Origin: Pseudoalteromonas translucida KMM 520
GTDB taxonomy: Bacteria > Pseudomonadota > Gammaproteobacteria > Enterobacterales > Alteromonadaceae
NCBI RefSeq assembly: GCF_001465295.1
Contig: NZ_CP011034.1
Span: forward strand, 270,001 to 302,000
Length of the DNA: 32,000 bases
Direction of reading: 5' to 3'
Below are positions 1 through 12,288 of the stretch, piece after piece. The translations under genes were made by a program, and so were the position numbers. The notes beneath the pieces were generated by a model. The model did not search any database and was not told the DNA's origin. It saw nothing but the letters and a program-made list of their open reading frames with translations. Within the stretch, counting starts at the first letter, position 1. Each line of letters opens with the position of its first letter.

Positions 1-1329
<1,329 letters not shown>

Positions 1330-1374
1330 TTAAATTCCTCTAAATTCTTAAATGTTTATAAACGAAAAGTAGGT

Positions 1375-1662
1375 TTAGCCTACAATGCCTAAAATATTAT
1401 CTTCACGCATGATCAGGTACTCTTGACCTTCGATCTTTTCAACTTTCTCAACATATGAGCCAAATAACACAGTGTCACCGGCTTTAACTTCTAATGCTCT
1501 AACATCACCGCTTTCTAAAATGCGACCATTACCAACGGCAACAACTTCTCCGCGGGTTGATTTTTCAGCTGCAGAGCCAGTTAATACAATACCGCCAGCA
1601 GATTTTGTTTCTTCTTCTAGACGCTTAACGATCACGCGATCATGTAAAGGACGAATATTCAT
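1375..1662 (-). CDS. groS: Co-chaperonin GroES (Hsp10)
   Basis: 95 aa. [47 protein letters not shown]... is canonical GroES. It sits directly upstream of groEL on the same strand. Confidence 0.97.
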   Translation of the reverse strand: MNIRPLHDRVIVKRLEEETKSAGGIVLTGSAAEKSTRGEVVAVGNGRILESGDVRALEVKAGDTVLFGSYVEKVEKIEGQEYLIMREDNILGIVG

Positions 1663-1725
1663 TTATTTAGTTCTCCTAACAGTTTCTGCGAAGGGCAGAA
1701 AAAAGCTTATATTGGTTGCATTCAA

Positions 1726-1753
1726 TAATGGGGGTGTTACGCCAAAATCCAAG
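1726..1753 (-). promoter_or_regulatory. Candidate sigma-32 heat-shock promoter of groES-groEL
   Basis: The minus strand reads CTTGGA (1753-1748), a 13-nt spacer, then CCCCATTAT. The E. coli sigma-32 consensus is CTTGAA-N13-15-CCCCATNT. The -10 element lies about 65 nt upstream of the groES ATG. Confidence 0.6.
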
Positions 1754-1769
1754 CGTAAAATTAAAAAAA

Positions 1770-2246
1770 TTAATCTTTTCGTTCAAACTCGCCATCTATG
1801 ATGGTCGGTTTGTTCACTTGATGAGGTTCTGCTTCAGTTTGACTGTGTTGGGTAAATGGTGAACCACCTTGTTGCATACCTGCACTCATACGTACAGTAG
1901 CTTGGCTAGCAAGGCCAGCTGCCAGTTTGTTGCGAATTACTGGGGTTAATAATAGTAGCCCAAAAACGTCGGTCATAATGCCAGGCGTTAACAATAATAC
2001 GCCTGCGATAATAACGCATATACCGGTAAATAACTCTTTTGCAGGCATTTGCCCTTCGGCCATTTGAGTTTGCGCTTTTTGAAGTGCGCTCATACCTTGT
2101 TGTTTTACCATTTTTGCGCCTAAAATCGCGGTAATAATTACTAACGCAATTGTCGAAAAACCACCTATTACTTCGCTTACTTGTATAAGTAAGGCGATTT
2201 CAATAATAGGAATAATGATAAACAACACAAATAAAAATCTAAACAT
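1770..2246 (-). CDS. fxsA: FxsA family inner-membrane protein (UPF0716)
   Basis: 158 aa. The hydrophobic N-terminus MFRFLFVLFIIIPIIEIALLIQVSEVIGG...GAKMVKQQG is typical of FxsA. The position near groESL and cutA-dsbD matches E. coli. Confidence 0.85.
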   Translation of the reverse strand: MFRFLFVLFIIIPIIEIALLIQVSEVIGGFSTIALVIITAILGAKMVKQQGMSALQKAQTQMAEGQMPAKELFTGICVIIAGVLLLTPGIMTDVFGLLLLTPVIRNKLAAGLASQATVRMSAGMQQGGSPFTQHSQTEAEPHQVNKPTIIDGEFERKD

Positions 2247-2425
2247 AAAGCTCTCTAAATAATGAAACTCAAAAGAGTTGATGAAATATAAGTGAGGGTG
2301 GAGCGGTCTAATTTCAAGGATACAGTAAGCGCTATTGCTATTTTTTTGCAGTTATAGCACCTACACATTACATACGCTATCAGATACTATGCTTACAGAC
2401 ATTATTAAACACATAAAGGTTCATT

Positions 2426-2746
2426 ATGGCGGCGCAATTTAAACTTATTTTTACTACCTGCAAAGATGAAAATGAAGCAAGGGAGCTGGCAAAAGCATTA
2501 GTAGAGAGAAAACTGGCTGCATGCGTGAATATTCTACCAAAGGTAGCTTCTATTTATATATGGGAAGGTGAAGTAGTTGAAGCAACCGAGGCTAAACTAT
2601 TGATCAAAACAAAGTTAGATAAAATGAACGATGTATTTTTAACTATTAAAGCATTACACAGCTATGAAGTGCCAGAGATCCAAGTTGTTGATGTGGCAAC
2701 GGGTAACCTAGCTTATTTTAATTGGATGGATGAGGTACTTAATTAA
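2426..2746 (+). CDS. cutA: Divalent-cation tolerance protein CutA
   Basis: 106 aa. CutA1 signature stretches are present: KLAACVNILP...SIYIWEGEV...E..LLIKT...HSYEVPEI. The stop overlaps the dsbD ATG by 1 nt (TAATG), as in cutA-dsbD operons. Confidence 0.92.
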   Translation: MAAQFKLIFTTCKDENEARELAKALVERKLAACVNILPKVASIYIWEGEVVEATEAKLLIKTKLDKMNDVFLTIKALHSYEVPEIQVVDVATGNLAYFNWMDEVLN

Positions 2747-4557
2747 TGCGTTTTTTCTTTTTGTTACTGGTTGCATTATTAGCGGCTCCAGCTAAGGCTA
2801 ATAATATACTTGGTGATTTACTTGCACCTCCACAACAAACCTTTTTACAAGTAGACCAAGCATTTGTATTTGATTTTGATCAGCAAGATAATACTTTATT
2901 TATAGGCTGGGATATTGCACCTGAATACTACTTATATAAAAATAAAATAGAGATTATTGCCAAGGGCGCGAATATAGAAGTAGGCGACTTAGGTGATGGT
3001 GAGGTTATCGAAGATGAGTTCTTTGGTAAAACAGAAGTTTTTTTTAATGCACTTAGTATTGTTAGTAAGCTCAGTAATGTAACTGAGGGAGCAGTAGTAA
3101 AAGTGCGTTACCAAGGTTGTGCTGAAGCTGGGTTATGTTATCCACCTGAAGTTATTAGTATTCCACTAAACAAAATTGCCGGTGAACAGCTGCAAAATGC
3201 AGATGATGCTATGCAAAGTGCAACCTCTGCAAACGCATTTACAGCATTAAGCGAGACTAATGAACCGACAAGCAATGCGCCTAAAAAAGATCTAACCTTT
3301 ACCGAGCAGTTAGCAAGCCAAGGGTTGATTACTAATTTACTGATATTTTTTGTTGTCGGTGTTGGTCTTGCTTTTACACCGTGTGTATTTCCTATGTTTC
3401 CAATATTGTCGAGCTTAATTGCTGGGCAAAAAAACCTCTCAACTAAAAAAGCCTTCGCGTTATCATTTGTATATATTCAAGGTATGGCAGTGACCTACGC
3501 GGCATTGGGTTTGGTTGTGGCTGCACTTGGCGGGCAAGTTCAAGGGTATTTACAGCACCCTTATGTGCTTATTAGCTTTAGTTTATTGTTTGTATTATTA
3601 GCAATGTCGATGTTTGGTTGGTACGAAATAAAGCTACCAAGCGGCATGATGAACAAGTTAACCCAAGTAAGTAATAACCAAAAAGGCGGCAACTACGTTG
3701 GTGTGTTTTTAATGGGCGTATTATCGGGCTTAATTGCATCGCCTTGCACCACCGCACCTTTGTCAGCAGCGCTATTGTTTGTAGCACAAAGTGGCGACTA
3801 TTTAGTGGGTGGATTAACGCTTTATGTACTGAGTTTAGGCATGGGACTGCCATTATTGTTACTCGGTACATCGGGCGGAAAACTATTGCCTAAAGCGGGT
3901 GGCTGGATGGAGCAAGTTAAAACCCTATTTGGCTTTATTATGCTAGTTGTGCCACTTATATTACTTGAACGCCTTTTAGATGCCGATGTTATTTTATTAA
4001 TGGCGGGAGTATTAGCCTTGGCAACCGCGCTTTACTTGCATCACTGGCAAAGTAGCCAAACACAAGGAAAATTAAAAACAGCACTGTGGTTTGCTGCAAC
4101 GTTACTCGTTGTTAGTGGCTTTAACTTAACTAAAAATTATTTTTGGCCAGTACACATGCAAACAATGCAAGTAAGTGCGCAAAGTAATGAGTTTAAGCAA
4201 GTAGCCAATTTAACTGAGTTAAAAGCAGCCGTTGCTCACGCTAATGAGCAAGGCCGACTGGTTATGGTCGACTTATATGCTGATTGGTGTATTGCGTGTA
4301 AAGAATTTGAGCATTACACCTTTCCCGATGCAAAAGTGCAAAATGAGTTTAGTCACTTTGAGCTTATTCAAGTCGATTTAACCGACAGCGATAACAAAAC
4401 AATCGAGCTAATGGAAGAATATACGGTGTTTGGTTTGCCAAGTATTTTGTTTTTTAATACCCAAGGAGAGGAGCTAAGTGCACAACGTGTTACCGGCTTT
4501 TTGAATGCTGACGATTTTGCTCAGCACCTATCTACAGTGCGCGCCAGCGTAAAGTAG
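2746..4557 (+). CDS. dsbD: Thiol:disulfide interchange protein DsbD
   Basis: 603 aa with a signal peptide. The N-terminal domain carries GCAEAGLCYPP. The membrane core has the conserved Cys motifs TPCVFPM and SPCTTAPL. The C-terminal thioredoxin fold carries WCIACK. Confidence 0.95.
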   Translation: MRFFFLLLVALLAAPAKANNILGDLLAPPQQTFLQVDQAFVFDFDQQDNTLFIGWDIAPEYYLYKNKIEIIAKGANIEVGDLGDGEVIEDEFFGKTEVFFNALSIVSKLSNVTEGAVVKVRYQGCAEAGLCYPPEVISIPLNKIAGEQLQNADDAMQSATSANAFTALSETNEPTSNAPKKDLTFTEQLASQGLITNLLIFFVVGVGLAFTPCVFPMFPILSSLIAGQKNLSTKKAFALSFVYIQGMAVTYAALGLVVAALGGQVQGYLQHPYVLISFSLLFVLLAMSMFGWYEIKLPSGMMNKLTQVSNNQKGGNYVGVFLMGVLSGLIASPCTTAPLSAALLFVAQSGDYLVGGLTLYVLSLGMGLPLLLLGTSGGKLLPKAGGWMEQVKTLFGFIMLVVPLILLERLLDADVILLMAGVLALATALYLHHWQSSQTQGKLKTALWFAATLLVVSGFNLTKNYFWPVHMQTMQVSAQSNEFKQVANLTELKAAVAHANEQGRLVMVDLYADWCIACKEFEHYTFPDAKVQNEFSHFELIQVDLTDSDNKTIELMEEYTVFGLPSILFFNTQGEELSAQRVTGFLNADDFAQHLSTVRASVK

Positions 4558-4561
4558 CAAT

Positions 4562-4600
4562 ATAATAGCCCCCCATAATTTAAAGGTGGGGGCTATTATT
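4562..4600 (+). terminator. Stem-loop after dsbD (probable intrinsic terminator, weak T tract)
   Basis: A perfect 12-bp stem pairs ATAATAGCCCCC (4562-4573) with GGGGGCTATTAT (4588-4599) around a 14-nt loop. It starts 5 nt after the dsbD stop. Only a short T/A-rich tail follows. Confidence 0.6.
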
Positions 4601-4784
4601 ACCACCTCAATGCTTGTCCCCAATACAGAGATAAGACCAGTATTTTGCTGTTATTTACGTCGAAATCACTATAATAGTTGGTTAACGTGAGAAATTGTTG
4701 TTATCTTATTTTTTATACTCACATAATTGTAAAAAATTAGCTAACGACTGCTTAACTCATTACTTATAGGATATATCGCGTATT

Positions 4785-5237
4785 ATGGCTGCAAAATTCA
4801 AGCTTTTAGTTATAAATGGCCCAAATTTAAATATGCTAGGTAAACGTGAGCCAGATAAATACGGTTCACGTACGCTAAGCGAAATTATGAGCGAACTAAC
4901 ATGTGCCGCTGATAGTTTAAATGTTGAGTTAACGCATTTCCAAAGTAATAGCGAGCAAGCACTGATAGAGCGTATTCACGATACTTGGCAAGCGATTGAT
5001 TACATAATTATTAATCCTGCTGCATTTACGCATACGAGCGTCGCATTACGTGATGCATTGTTAAGTGTTGATATTCCGTTTTTTGAAGTGCATTTAAGCA
5101 ACGTGCACGCACGTGAAGCGTTTCGCCATCATTCGTATTTTTCTGATGTGGCGCAAGGCGTAATATGTGGATTAGGTGCAATGGGTTATCACGCAGCGCT
5201 TGAAGCTGCAGTAAACCAATTGCAAAACTCAAATTAA
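4785..5237 (+). CDS. aroQ: Type II 3-dehydroquinate dehydratase
   Basis: 150 aa. Motifs [36 protein letters not shown] and [18 protein letters not shown] are diagnostic of type II DHQase. The aroQ-accB-accC arrangement is common in gammaproteobacteria. Confidence 0.95.
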   Translation: MAAKFKLLVINGPNLNMLGKREPDKYGSRTLSEIMSELTCAADSLNVELTHFQSNSEQALIERIHDTWQAIDYIIINPAAFTHTSVALRDALLSVDIPFFEVHLSNVHAREAFRHHSYFSDVAQGVICGLGAMGYHAALEAAVNQLQNSN

Positions 5238-5270
5238 TTTTAAACACACAAACTAATAGGCGGGCCGTTT

Positions 5271-5735
5271 ATGGATATTCGCAAGATCAAAAAACTTATT
5301 GAATTAGTAGAAGAGTCAGGTATTGCTGAGCTAGAAATCACTGAAGGTGAAGAGTCAGTACGTATAAATCGTAATAACATGAGTGCAGGCCCAGGCTATG
5401 CTCAGTTTGCGCCACAGCAATATGCACCAGCACCAGTTGCCGCTCCAGTTGCTGCAGCTCCTGCAGCAGCAGTTGAAGCCGCTGCTCCAGCTGGCCCTAC
5501 AGGCCATCAAGTTAAATCACCTATGGTTGGTTCATTCTACGCTGCGGCTTCACCAGAAGCGCCAGCATACGTAGAAGTTGGTTCTCAAGTTAAAGTTGGC
5601 GATACATTATGTATCATCGAAGCAATGAAAATGATGAACCAAATTGAGTCAGATAAAGCTGGTACAGTAAAAGCTATTCTAGCTGAAAATGGCGAGCCAA
5701 TAGAATTTGATCAACCTTTATTCATCATTGAATAA
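5271..5735 (+). CDS. accB: Biotin carboxyl carrier protein of acetyl-CoA carboxylase
   Basis: 154 aa with an Ala/Pro-rich linker. The biotinylation motif [12 protein letters not shown] is present. Confidence 0.96.
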   Translation: MDIRKIKKLIELVEESGIAELEITEGEESVRINRNNMSAGPGYAQFAPQQYAPAPVAAPVAAAPAAAVEAAAPAGPTGHQVKSPMVGSFYAAASPEAPAYVEVGSQVKVGDTLCIIEAMKMMNQIESDKAGTVKAILAENGEPIEFDQPLFIIE

Positions 5736-5761
5736 TAGCGCAACCTAAAAGGCCAACTCTA

Positions 5762-7102
5762 ATGTTAGATAAAGTAGTCATTGCAAACCGAGGTGAAATT
5801 GCACTTCGTATATTGCGCGCCTGCAAAGAGCTTGGGATCAAAACGGTTGCTGTGCATTCAACGGCAGATCGCGATCTTAAGCATGTATTGCTTGCAGATG
5901 AAACCATCTGTATTGGTAAACCAGCAGCAACAGAAAGTTATTTAGATATTCCGCGTATTATTGCCGCGGCTGAAATAACTGACGCTGTAGCGATTCATCC
6001 TGGTTATGGTTTTCTTGCAGAAAATGCTGATTTTGCCGATCAAGTTGAGCAAAGTGGTTTTGTATTTATTGGTCCTACTGGCGATACAATTCGTCTTATG
6101 GGCGATAAAGTATCTGCAATCGCAGCAATGCGTAAAGCCGGTGTTCCGTGTGTACCAGGCTCAGATGGTCCAGTATCAGATGACAAAGAGCGCAATATGC
6201 AAATTGCTAAGCGCATTGGTTATCCGGTAATCATTAAAGCCGCTGGTGGCGGTGGTGGCCGAGGTATGCGTGTTGTGCGCAGCGAAGCTGAACTGATTGA
6301 TTCAATTGCATTAACCCAACAAGAAGCGAAGCAGTTCTTTGGTAATGGCATGGTTTACATGGAGAAATACCTTGAAAATCCACGTCATATCGAAGTACAA
6401 ATTTTAGCTGATGGCCAAGGTAATGCAGTGCATTTAGGTGAACGTGATTGTTCTATGCAGCGTCGTCACCAAAAAGTAGTTGAGGAAGCACCCGCACCAG
6501 GAATTACTGCAGAAACACGTAAGTTTATTGGTGAGCGCTGTACGCGTGCCTGTATTGAAATTGGTTATCGTGGAGCTGGTACGTTTGAGTTTTTATACGA
6601 AAACGGCGAGTTTTACTTTATCGAAATGAATACCCGTATTCAGGTTGAGCATACAATTACTGAAATGGTGACAGGTATTGATTTAGTTAAAGAGCAGCTA
6701 AAAATTGCTGCTGGTCAGCCATTGTCGTTTACTCAAGATGATGTTGTTATTCGCGGCCATGCCATTGAATGTCGTATTAACGCAGAAGACCCAGAAACGT
6801 TTATCCCATCACCGGGTAAAATTACACGTTTTCATCCTGCGGGTGGTTTAGGTATTCGTTGGGATAGCCATATTTATGCTGACTACACCGTACCACCACA
6901 TTACGATTCAATGATCGGTAAGCTAATTACTTACGGTGAAAACCGTGACGTAGCAATTGCTCGTGCACGTAACGCACTAAATGAGTTAGTAATCGACGGT
7001 ATTAAAACCAATACTCCGCTGCATAAAAGAATTCTTGCAGACGAAAACTTCCAAAATGGTGGGACTAATATCCACTATCTTGAGAAAAAATTGGGACTAT
7101 AA
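5762..7102 (+). CDS. accC: Biotin carboxylase subunit of acetyl-CoA carboxylase
   Basis: 446 aa. Motifs [46 protein letters not shown] and [10 protein letters not shown] mark the ATP-grasp fold. Confidence 0.97.
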   Translation: MLDKVVIANRGEIALRILRACKELGIKTVAVHSTADRDLKHVLLADETICIGKPAATESYLDIPRIIAAAEITDAVAIHPGYGFLAENADFADQVEQSGFVFIGPTGDTIRLMGDKVSAIAAMRKAGVPCVPGSDGPVSDDKERNMQIAKRIGYPVIIKAAGGGGGRGMRVVRSEAELIDSIALTQQEAKQFFGNGMVYMEKYLENPRHIEVQILADGQGNAVHLGERDCSMQRRHQKVVEEAPAPGITAETRKFIGERCTRACIEIGYRGAGTFEFLYENGEFYFIEMNTRIQVEHTITEMVTGIDLVKEQLKIAAGQPLSFTQDDVVIRGHAIECRINAEDPETFIPSPGKITRFHPAGGLGIRWDSHIYADYTVPPHYDSMIGKLITYGENRDVAIARARNALNELVIDGIKTNTPLHKRILADENFQNGGTNIHYLEKKLGL

Positions 7103-7116
7103 TTCCTCGTTAATAG

Positions 7117-7141
7117 AAACCGGCGCTTAGCCGGTTTTTTT
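7117..7141 (+). terminator. Rho-independent terminator after accC
   Basis: AAACCGGC-gctta-GCCGGTTT is followed by a T-run that ends at 7141. Confidence 0.85.
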
Positions 7142-7180
7142 ATCTTTAAAAATTGGCTGTATCACCTTAAATAAATAATC

Positions 7181-7189
7181 TGGTATGAT
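7181..7189 (+). promoter_or_regulatory. Candidate extended -10 promoter for tsaE-amiB-mutL...
   Basis: TGgTATGAT matches the TGnTATAAT type. It lies 44 nt upstream of the tsaE ATG and just downstream of the accC terminator. There is no convincing -35 element. Confidence 0.3.
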
Positions 7190-7232
7190 TAACAAATATG
7201 CGCTTTAATAAATTTTTGAGGTAAAGGTAATA

Positions 7233-7709
7233 ATGTCACGTAGTTTTAAGTCTCACTTGAGTGATGATATTGCCACGGTAACAATGGGCAATCGAATTGC
7301 GGCTATTATAGAGCAAGGTGCGGTAATTTATTTACATGGCGATTTAGGCGCGGGTAAAACCACCTTTACACGTGGCGTAGTGCAAGGTTTTGGCCATACA
7401 GGTAAGGTTAAAAGTCCAACGTATACCTTAGTAGAACCATATGAGCTGGAGCGCGCTAATGTTTACCACTTTGATTTGTATCGTTTAGGCGATCCAGAAG
7501 AACTTGAATATATGGGAATACGCGATTACTTTTCAGCGCAAGCAATTTGTGTGGTTGAATGGCCAGAAAAAGGCGGAGAGTTTATTCCTGTGCCAGATTT
7601 AAATATTACTTTAAGCTATGTAGGCGATGAGCGAAATATCGTTATTAATAGTGCCAGTGAGCGTGGTAGCGTAATTATTGAAAAATTAAATAACTCAACC
7701 TCAGAGTAA
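7233..7709 (+). CDS. tsaE: tRNA t6A37 biosynthesis ATPase TsaE (YjeE)
   Basis: 158 aa. The P-loop GDLGAGKTTFTRG and the motifs SPTYTLVEPY and YHFDLYRL are present. It sits upstream of amiB-mutL, as in E. coli. Confidence 0.92.
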   Translation: MSRSFKSHLSDDIATVTMGNRIAAIIEQGAVIYLHGDLGAGKTTFTRGVVQGFGHTGKVKSPTYTLVEPYELERANVYHFDLYRLGDPEELEYMGIRDYFSAQAICVVEWPEKGGEFIPVPDLNITLSYVGDERNIVINSASERGSVIIEKLNNSTSE

Positions 7710-7761
7710 TAATATTGGTTATATAACAAATAATAAAATAGTTAAGGCAGTCACTATCAAC

Positions 7762-9105
7762 ATGAGTCGCGGTGTAATTAAACTCTTTATTTATCTTGTA
7801 GCTATCACTATGAGTTCGTCGCTATGGGCACAAAATACCATTAATAGTGTGCGCGTTTGGCCATCTCCAGATAGTACTCGGGTGGTATTTGATTTAACTG
7901 AAAAGCCTGACTTTAGTTATTTTATGCTTAAAAACCCCAGCCGTTTAGTGGTTGATTTAGAGCAAACACGGGAACTTAAAGTGTTACCCGGTATTCCGCC
8001 TAAGCATCAAATTGTCAGTAAGCTTCGTTATTCTAAGCCAAAAAATAAACACAGCGTGCGCTTTGTATTTGAATTGAGTGCCCCGGTAAAGCCTGTGGTT
8101 TTTGCATTAGCACCAACGGGCCCGTATAAAAACAGGTTGGTTGTTGATCTATATGACAAAAGTGAATCATCCACAGCAGTATCACCAGCGCAAACAGCGA
8201 CTAAAAACCGTCAATTAAGCCAAGAGCGCGATATTGTTATTGCGATTGACGCTGGTCACGGTGGCGAAGATCCTGGCTCAATTGGCCCATCGGGTACCTA
8301 TGAAAAAACGATTACATTACAAATAGCTAAACGCTTAGAGCGGATGATTGACTCTGAGCGCGGGATGATTTCGCGTATGGTGCGCAGCGGCGATTACTTT
8401 GTAAAGCTCAATACCCGTACCAATCGTGCTCGTGAGAAAAAAGCTGATTTCTTTGTCTCTATTCATGCTGATGCATTTACTAGCCCAGGTCCAAATGGTG
8501 CCTCGGTGTGGGTGTTATCACTGCGCCGTGCTAACTCAGAAATAGGTAAATGGATTGAAGATAAAGAAAAACACTCTGAACTTTTAGGTGGCGCGGCAGA
8601 TGTAATAAAAGATGCTGCTAATGAAAAGTACTTAGCGCAAGCACTGCTTGATATGTCGATGGATCATTCGATGAAAACCGGTTTGAGCGTTGCTGATGAA
8701 GTAGTAAAAGAGCTACGTAAGGTGGCAAAGTTACATAAAAAAGACCCTCAACATGCGAGTCTTGCGGTATTAAAGTCACCAGATATTCCTTCTATTTTAA
8801 TCGAAACAGGGTTTATTTCTAATCCCCGTGAAGAAAAATTGCTTAAAAGTGCTAATCACCAAGAGCGTTTAGCCAAAGCTATATTTACTTCAATTAAAAA
8901 TTATTATTTAAAAAACCCACCCGACGATTCTTTATTTGCTAAGTTAAAGTCGCAATATCCAACCAAGCATAAAGTTCGCCCGGGGGAGTCGTTAAGCATG
9001 TTAGCGAGTCGCTACGGCATAACCATAAACAAGTTAAAGCAGGCGAATAAACTAAGCTCTAATACCTTATTTATTGGCCAAGAGCTCGATATACCGCAAA
9101 GTTAA
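7762..9105 (+). CDS. amiB: N-acetylmuramoyl-L-alanine amidase (AMIN domain + Amidase_3 + C-terminal LysM)
   Basis: 447 aa with a signal peptide. The N-terminus is AMIN-like (VRVWPSPDSTRVVFDL). Amidase_3 motifs IDAGHGGEDPG, SIHADA and LIETGFISN are present. The C-terminal LysM reads HKVRPGESLSMLASRYGITINKLKQANKL. Confidence 0.93.
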   Translation: MSRGVIKLFIYLVAITMSSSLWAQNTINSVRVWPSPDSTRVVFDLTEKPDFSYFMLKNPSRLVVDLEQTRELKVLPGIPPKHQIVSKLRYSKPKNKHSVRFVFELSAPVKPVVFALAPTGPYKNRLVVDLYDKSESSTAVSPAQTATKNRQLSQERDIVIAIDAGHGGEDPGSIGPSGTYEKTITLQIAKRLERMIDSERGMISRMVRSGDYFVKLNTRTNRAREKKADFFVSIHADAFTSPGPNGASVWVLSLRRANSEIGKWIEDKEKHSELLGGAADVIKDAANEKYLAQALLDMSMDHSMKTGLSVADEVVKELRKVAKLHKKDPQHASLAVLKSPDIPSILIETGFISNPREEKLLKSANHQERLAKAIFTSIKNYYLKNPPDDSLFAKLKSQYPTKHKVRPGESLSMLASRYGITINKLKQANKLSSNTLFIGQELDIPQS

Positions 9106-9142
9106 TTGCTTATCATTAGAGTCATGTTTGTTAGGAAGTTGA

Positions 9143-10999
9143 ATGAGTATTGAAATACTACCCGCACGTTTAGCGAACCAAATTGCTGCAGGTGAAGTGG
9201 TCGAGCGCCCCGCGTCGGTGGTAAAAGAATTAGTAGAAAACAGCCTAGATGCTGGTGCTACACGCATTCAAATAGATATTGAGCGAGGTGGGCACAAACT
9301 AATTCGTATTCGTGACAATGGTGCGGGTATTGCTCAAGACGAGCTTACATTAGCACTTTCTCGCCATGCAACCAGTAAATTAAAATCCCTCGATGATTTA
9401 GAAAATATTTGCTCACTAGGATTTAGAGGTGAAGCACTGGCGTCAATTAGTTCGGTTTCGCGCTTAACGCTAAGCTCAAAAACTAAACATCAAGAAGCCG
9501 CTTGGCAAGCATTTGCACAAGGTCGCGATATGGCTGTGCAAGTAAAACCAGTAGCGCACCCAGATGGCACTACCATAGAAGTAAAAGATTTATTTTTTAA
9601 TACGCCAGCCCGGCGTAAATTTTTACGTACCGAAAAAACAGAGTTTAGCCATATTGATGAGCTTATAAAGCGCATTGCGCTGAGTCGATTTGATGTATCT
9701 ATTACCCTTACTCATAATGAAAAAGTAGTTAGGCAGTACCGTGCTAAAACCGATCCTAGCCAAGCAATTGCCCGTGTAGCACAAGTGGCGGGTAAAGCAT
9801 TTGCTGAGCAAGGCTTACATATTCAATCGGGCGAGGGGGGCTTGCAGCTTCATGGCTGGGTATTGCCTGTTGGCTCTGCTAACACCACGCAGTATACCTA
9901 TGTAAACAATCGTATGATGCGCGACAAGCTTATACTGCACGCTATTCGCCAAGCATTTGAAGAAGTAAGTGGTGCCCAAGAGTTACCCGGTTTTGTTATT
10001 TATATTGATATTGATCCTCGTCAAGTTGATGTAAATGTTCATCCTGCAAAGCACGAAGTACGTTTTCATCAAGGGCGTTTAGTACACGACTTTATACTAC
10101 AAGCAATTAAACAAGTTGTTGTGCCACTGCAAGGTGAGTTTACTAGTGAGCCTTTAAATAACCCAGCCGATGCGGCATTTAGTTATACAGACACAGCACG
10201 CTCTCCCGCTGCAAATTTTGAGTCGGGTGAGGTATTTGATTATCCTAAATCGCAATTGCAACCATCTCATAGTGTTAGTTCTGGCGGTGCATCGCTAGGT
10301 TCGCGTAGTGCGGGAGGAAGTGGTGGTGCCTACAGAGCTACACCTAGTACTAATCATCATGATATTAATGCTTTTTATCAGGGCGTGAGTGAGCAGCATG
10401 CCGCGCATTTTGACCAAGGTGCTCACGTATCTGTAGGGCTAAACAAGGCACACGCAGTGGAGCAAGGCGTTGCTTTAAAAACGGTTGCTATTATTAGCAT
10501 TAACGAAGGCGTGTGTGTGTTTAGCAGCGAGCAGCAATTGTATTGCTCACATTTTAAATATGCATTAGTTGATGATTGGCATGAGCAAATAAAAGAGCAG
10601 GGCAGCTTAGAGGGCAAAGCGCTGTTGTTACCAGTGCGAGTTAATTTATCCAAACAAGACTGTGAGCTAATAGCAGCGCAACAGTCGTGGTTTACGCTAT
10701 TAGGTTTTGAGCTGATTATTGAAAAGCAGTTTGTGATGGTTAAAAAACTTCCTGCGTGCTTATATTTATTAGATGTTACTAGCGCGGTTGAAAGCTTGTT
10801 GGAAGCGTGTAAAGCGCCACTTGAAAACATAGAAAGCTGGTTGGCGTGGCAGATGCAATACACACCAGCGCGTTTTTATTCCAGCAATATCTTTTTAGCG
10901 CAGCAAACCCGCATGCAAAATAATCCGCAAACAATTGAACGTTTGCGTGCAAAAGCAGTTAAAATAGATTTAGAGCACTATTTAACGCAATTAGATTAA
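9143..10999 (+). CDS. mutL: DNA mismatch repair protein MutL
   Basis: 618 aa. GHKL ATPase motifs are present: [36 protein letters not shown] and [12 protein letters not shown]. Confidence 0.97.
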   Translation: MSIEILPARLANQIAAGEVVERPASVVKELVENSLDAGATRIQIDIERGGHKLIRIRDNGAGIAQDELTLALSRHATSKLKSLDDLENICSLGFRGEALASISSVSRLTLSSKTKHQEAAWQAFAQGRDMAVQVKPVAHPDGTTIEVKDLFFNTPARRKFLRTEKTEFSHIDELIKRIALSRFDVSITLTHNEKVVRQYRAKTDPSQAIARVAQVAGKAFAEQGLHIQSGEGGLQLHGWVLPVGSANTTQYTYVNNRMMRDKLILHAIRQAFEEVSGAQELPGFVIYIDIDPRQVDVNVHPAKHEVRFHQGRLVHDFILQAIKQVVVPLQGEFTSEPLNNPADAAFSYTDTARSPAANFESGEVFDYPKSQLQPSHSVSSGGASLGSRSAGGSGGAYRATPSTNHHDINAFYQGVSEQHAAHFDQGAHVSVGLNKAHAVEQGVALKTVAIISINEGVCVFSSEQQLYCSHFKYALVDDWHEQIKEQGSLEGKALLLPVRVNLSKQDCELIAAQQSWFTLLGFELIIEKQFVMVKKLPACLYLLDVTSAVESLLEACKAPLENIESWLAWQMQYTPARFYSSNIFLAQQTRMQNNPQTIERLRAKAVKIDLEHYLTQLD

Positions 11000-11006
11000 G
11001 GTATTC

Positions 11007-11927
11007 GTGTTGAGTAATTTACCAGTCATATTTTTAATGGGTCCAACCGCCGCGGGTAAAACGGCGTTGGCAATTTCATTGTGTGAGCATTTAAATACCG
11101 AAATAATTAGTGTTGATTCAGCGTTAGTATATAAGGGTATGGATATTGGCACGGCTAAACCCGATGCATCAGAGTTAGCACGTGCTCCGCATCACTTAAT
11201 TGATTTACTTGACCCAAGTGAAACTTATTCAGTTGCTGATTTTAGACGTGATGCGATAATAAAAATAGATGAGTTTCATCAGCAAGGTAAGGTGCCGGTA
11301 TTAGTTGGCGGCACTATGTTGTACTTCAAAGCTCTGATTGATGGCTTATCACCACTGCCAGAAGCGAACGTGGAAATAAGAGCCGAACTTGAAGCGCAAG
11401 CAGCACAATATGGCTGGCCACATTTGTATCAAGAACTGGTAAAAATAGACCCACAAGCAGCGCAAAAAATGAGTGAGAACGACTCACAAAGAATTAATCG
11501 TGCTTTAGAGGTATACAAATTAACAGGTAAAACCATGACCGAACTGCAAAAGCAAAAGCAGCCGGTTTTACCTTATACTTTTCATCAATTTGCTATTGCG
11601 CCAACGCAGCGCAGTGAATTACATCAGCGAATTGAAAAAAGGTTTAAAATAATGCTCGAACAGGGGTTTGAAAATGAAGTTTCGACCCTATATCTACGTA
11701 AGGATTTACACCCCAATATGCCTTCTATTCGTTGTGTAGGTTATAGACAAATGTGGGATTACCTTGCGGGTGAAATTGACCATGATGAAATGGTATTTCG
11801 CGGCATTGCGGCTACACGTCAATTGGCTAAACGCCAATTAACTTGGTTAAGAAGCTGGCCCGATGTTACATGGTTAACAACGGGTGATGAAGAAAACTTG
11901 CATCGTGTAGTAAGTTCGCTAAGCTAG
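11007..11927 (+). CDS. miaA: tRNA dimethylallyltransferase MiaA
   Basis: 306 aa. The P-loop [13 protein letters not shown] and the motifs [16 protein letters not shown] and [10 protein letters not shown] are present. The start is non-ATG; the choice between GTG 11007 and TTG 11010 is uncertain. Confidence 0.95.
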   Translation: MLSNLPVIFLMGPTAAGKTALAISLCEHLNTEIISVDSALVYKGMDIGTAKPDASELARAPHHLIDLLDPSETYSVADFRRDAIIKIDEFHQQGKVPVLVGGTMLYFKALIDGLSPLPEANVEIRAELEAQAAQYGWPHLYQELVKIDPQAAQKMSENDSQRINRALEVYKLTGKTMTELQKQKQPVLPYTFHQFAIAPTQRSELHQRIEKRFKIMLEQGFENEVSTLYLRKDLHPNMPSIRCVGYRQMWDYLAGEIDHDEMVFRGIAATRQLAKRQLTWLRSWPDVTWLTTGDEENLHRVVSSLS

Positions 11928-12008
11928 TAGTAGTTGAATAAAATTTAGCTTTGTTAAATAAGTTCAGCCACTTAATTATAATAACACCTAGAACGAAGGA
12001 ATAATAAC

Positions 12009-12272
12009 ATGGCAAAAGGCCAATCGTTACAAGACCCATTTTTGAATGCACTACGCCGTGAGCGCATCCCAGTATCAATCTTTTTGGTTAATGGCATAAA
12101 ATTACAAGGTAAAATTCAGTCATTTGATCAATTTGTTATTTTACTAGAAAACACCGTAAATCAAATGGTGTATAAACATGCAATTTCAACAGTTGTTCCT
12201 GCTCGTGCAGTTAATTTCCAAGGTGTTCAAGAAAATGACGACACTGAAGAACCTGAAGCTGGAAACATTTAA
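12009..12272 (+). CDS. hfq: RNA chaperone Hfq
   Basis: 87 aa. [46 protein letters not shown]...[10 protein letters not shown] carries the Sm1 and Sm2 motifs. The C-terminal tail is acidic. Confidence 0.98.
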   Translation: MAKGQSLQDPFLNALRRERIPVSIFLVNGIKLQGKIQSFDQFVILLENTVNQMVYKHAISTVVPARAVNFQGVQENDDTEEPEAGNI

Positions 12273-12288
12273 ATTAGGAGCGTGATGC

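Noticed and set aside
1472-1801. 109-aa + strand ORF overlapping groES and its promoter region
   Set aside because: It is antisense to groES and has no recognisable motif or RBS.
1770-2246. fxsA as a lead to a phage-related system (FxsA was named for relieving F-plasmid exclusion of phage T7)
   Set aside because: It is a single conserved core membrane gene in its usual groESL/cutA-dsbD neighbourhood, with no associated defence-like genes.
3578-3871. 97-aa minus-strand ORF inside dsbD
   Set aside because: It is antisense to the conserved DsbD membrane core, so it is a spurious ORF.
4584-4607. Alternative hairpin AGGTGG/CCACCT competing with the dsbD terminator stem (possible attenuator)
   Set aside because: It has only 6 bp, lies downstream of the gene rather than in a leader, and there is no leader peptide or known riboswitch context.
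5026-5907. Overlapping ORFs 5026-5247 (-), 5383-5574 (+, Q/L-rich) and 5725-5907 (-)
   Set aside because: The 5383 ORF is the +1 frame of the Ala/Pro-rich AccB linker, a product of the repetitive GCN/CCN codons. The others are antisense to aroQ and accC. None has an independent signal.
9067-10863. Minus-strand ORFs inside amiB and mutL (66, 61, 62 and 146 aa)
   Set aside because: They are antisense to well-conserved genes, and the Cys/Ser-rich composition is typical of non-coding frames.
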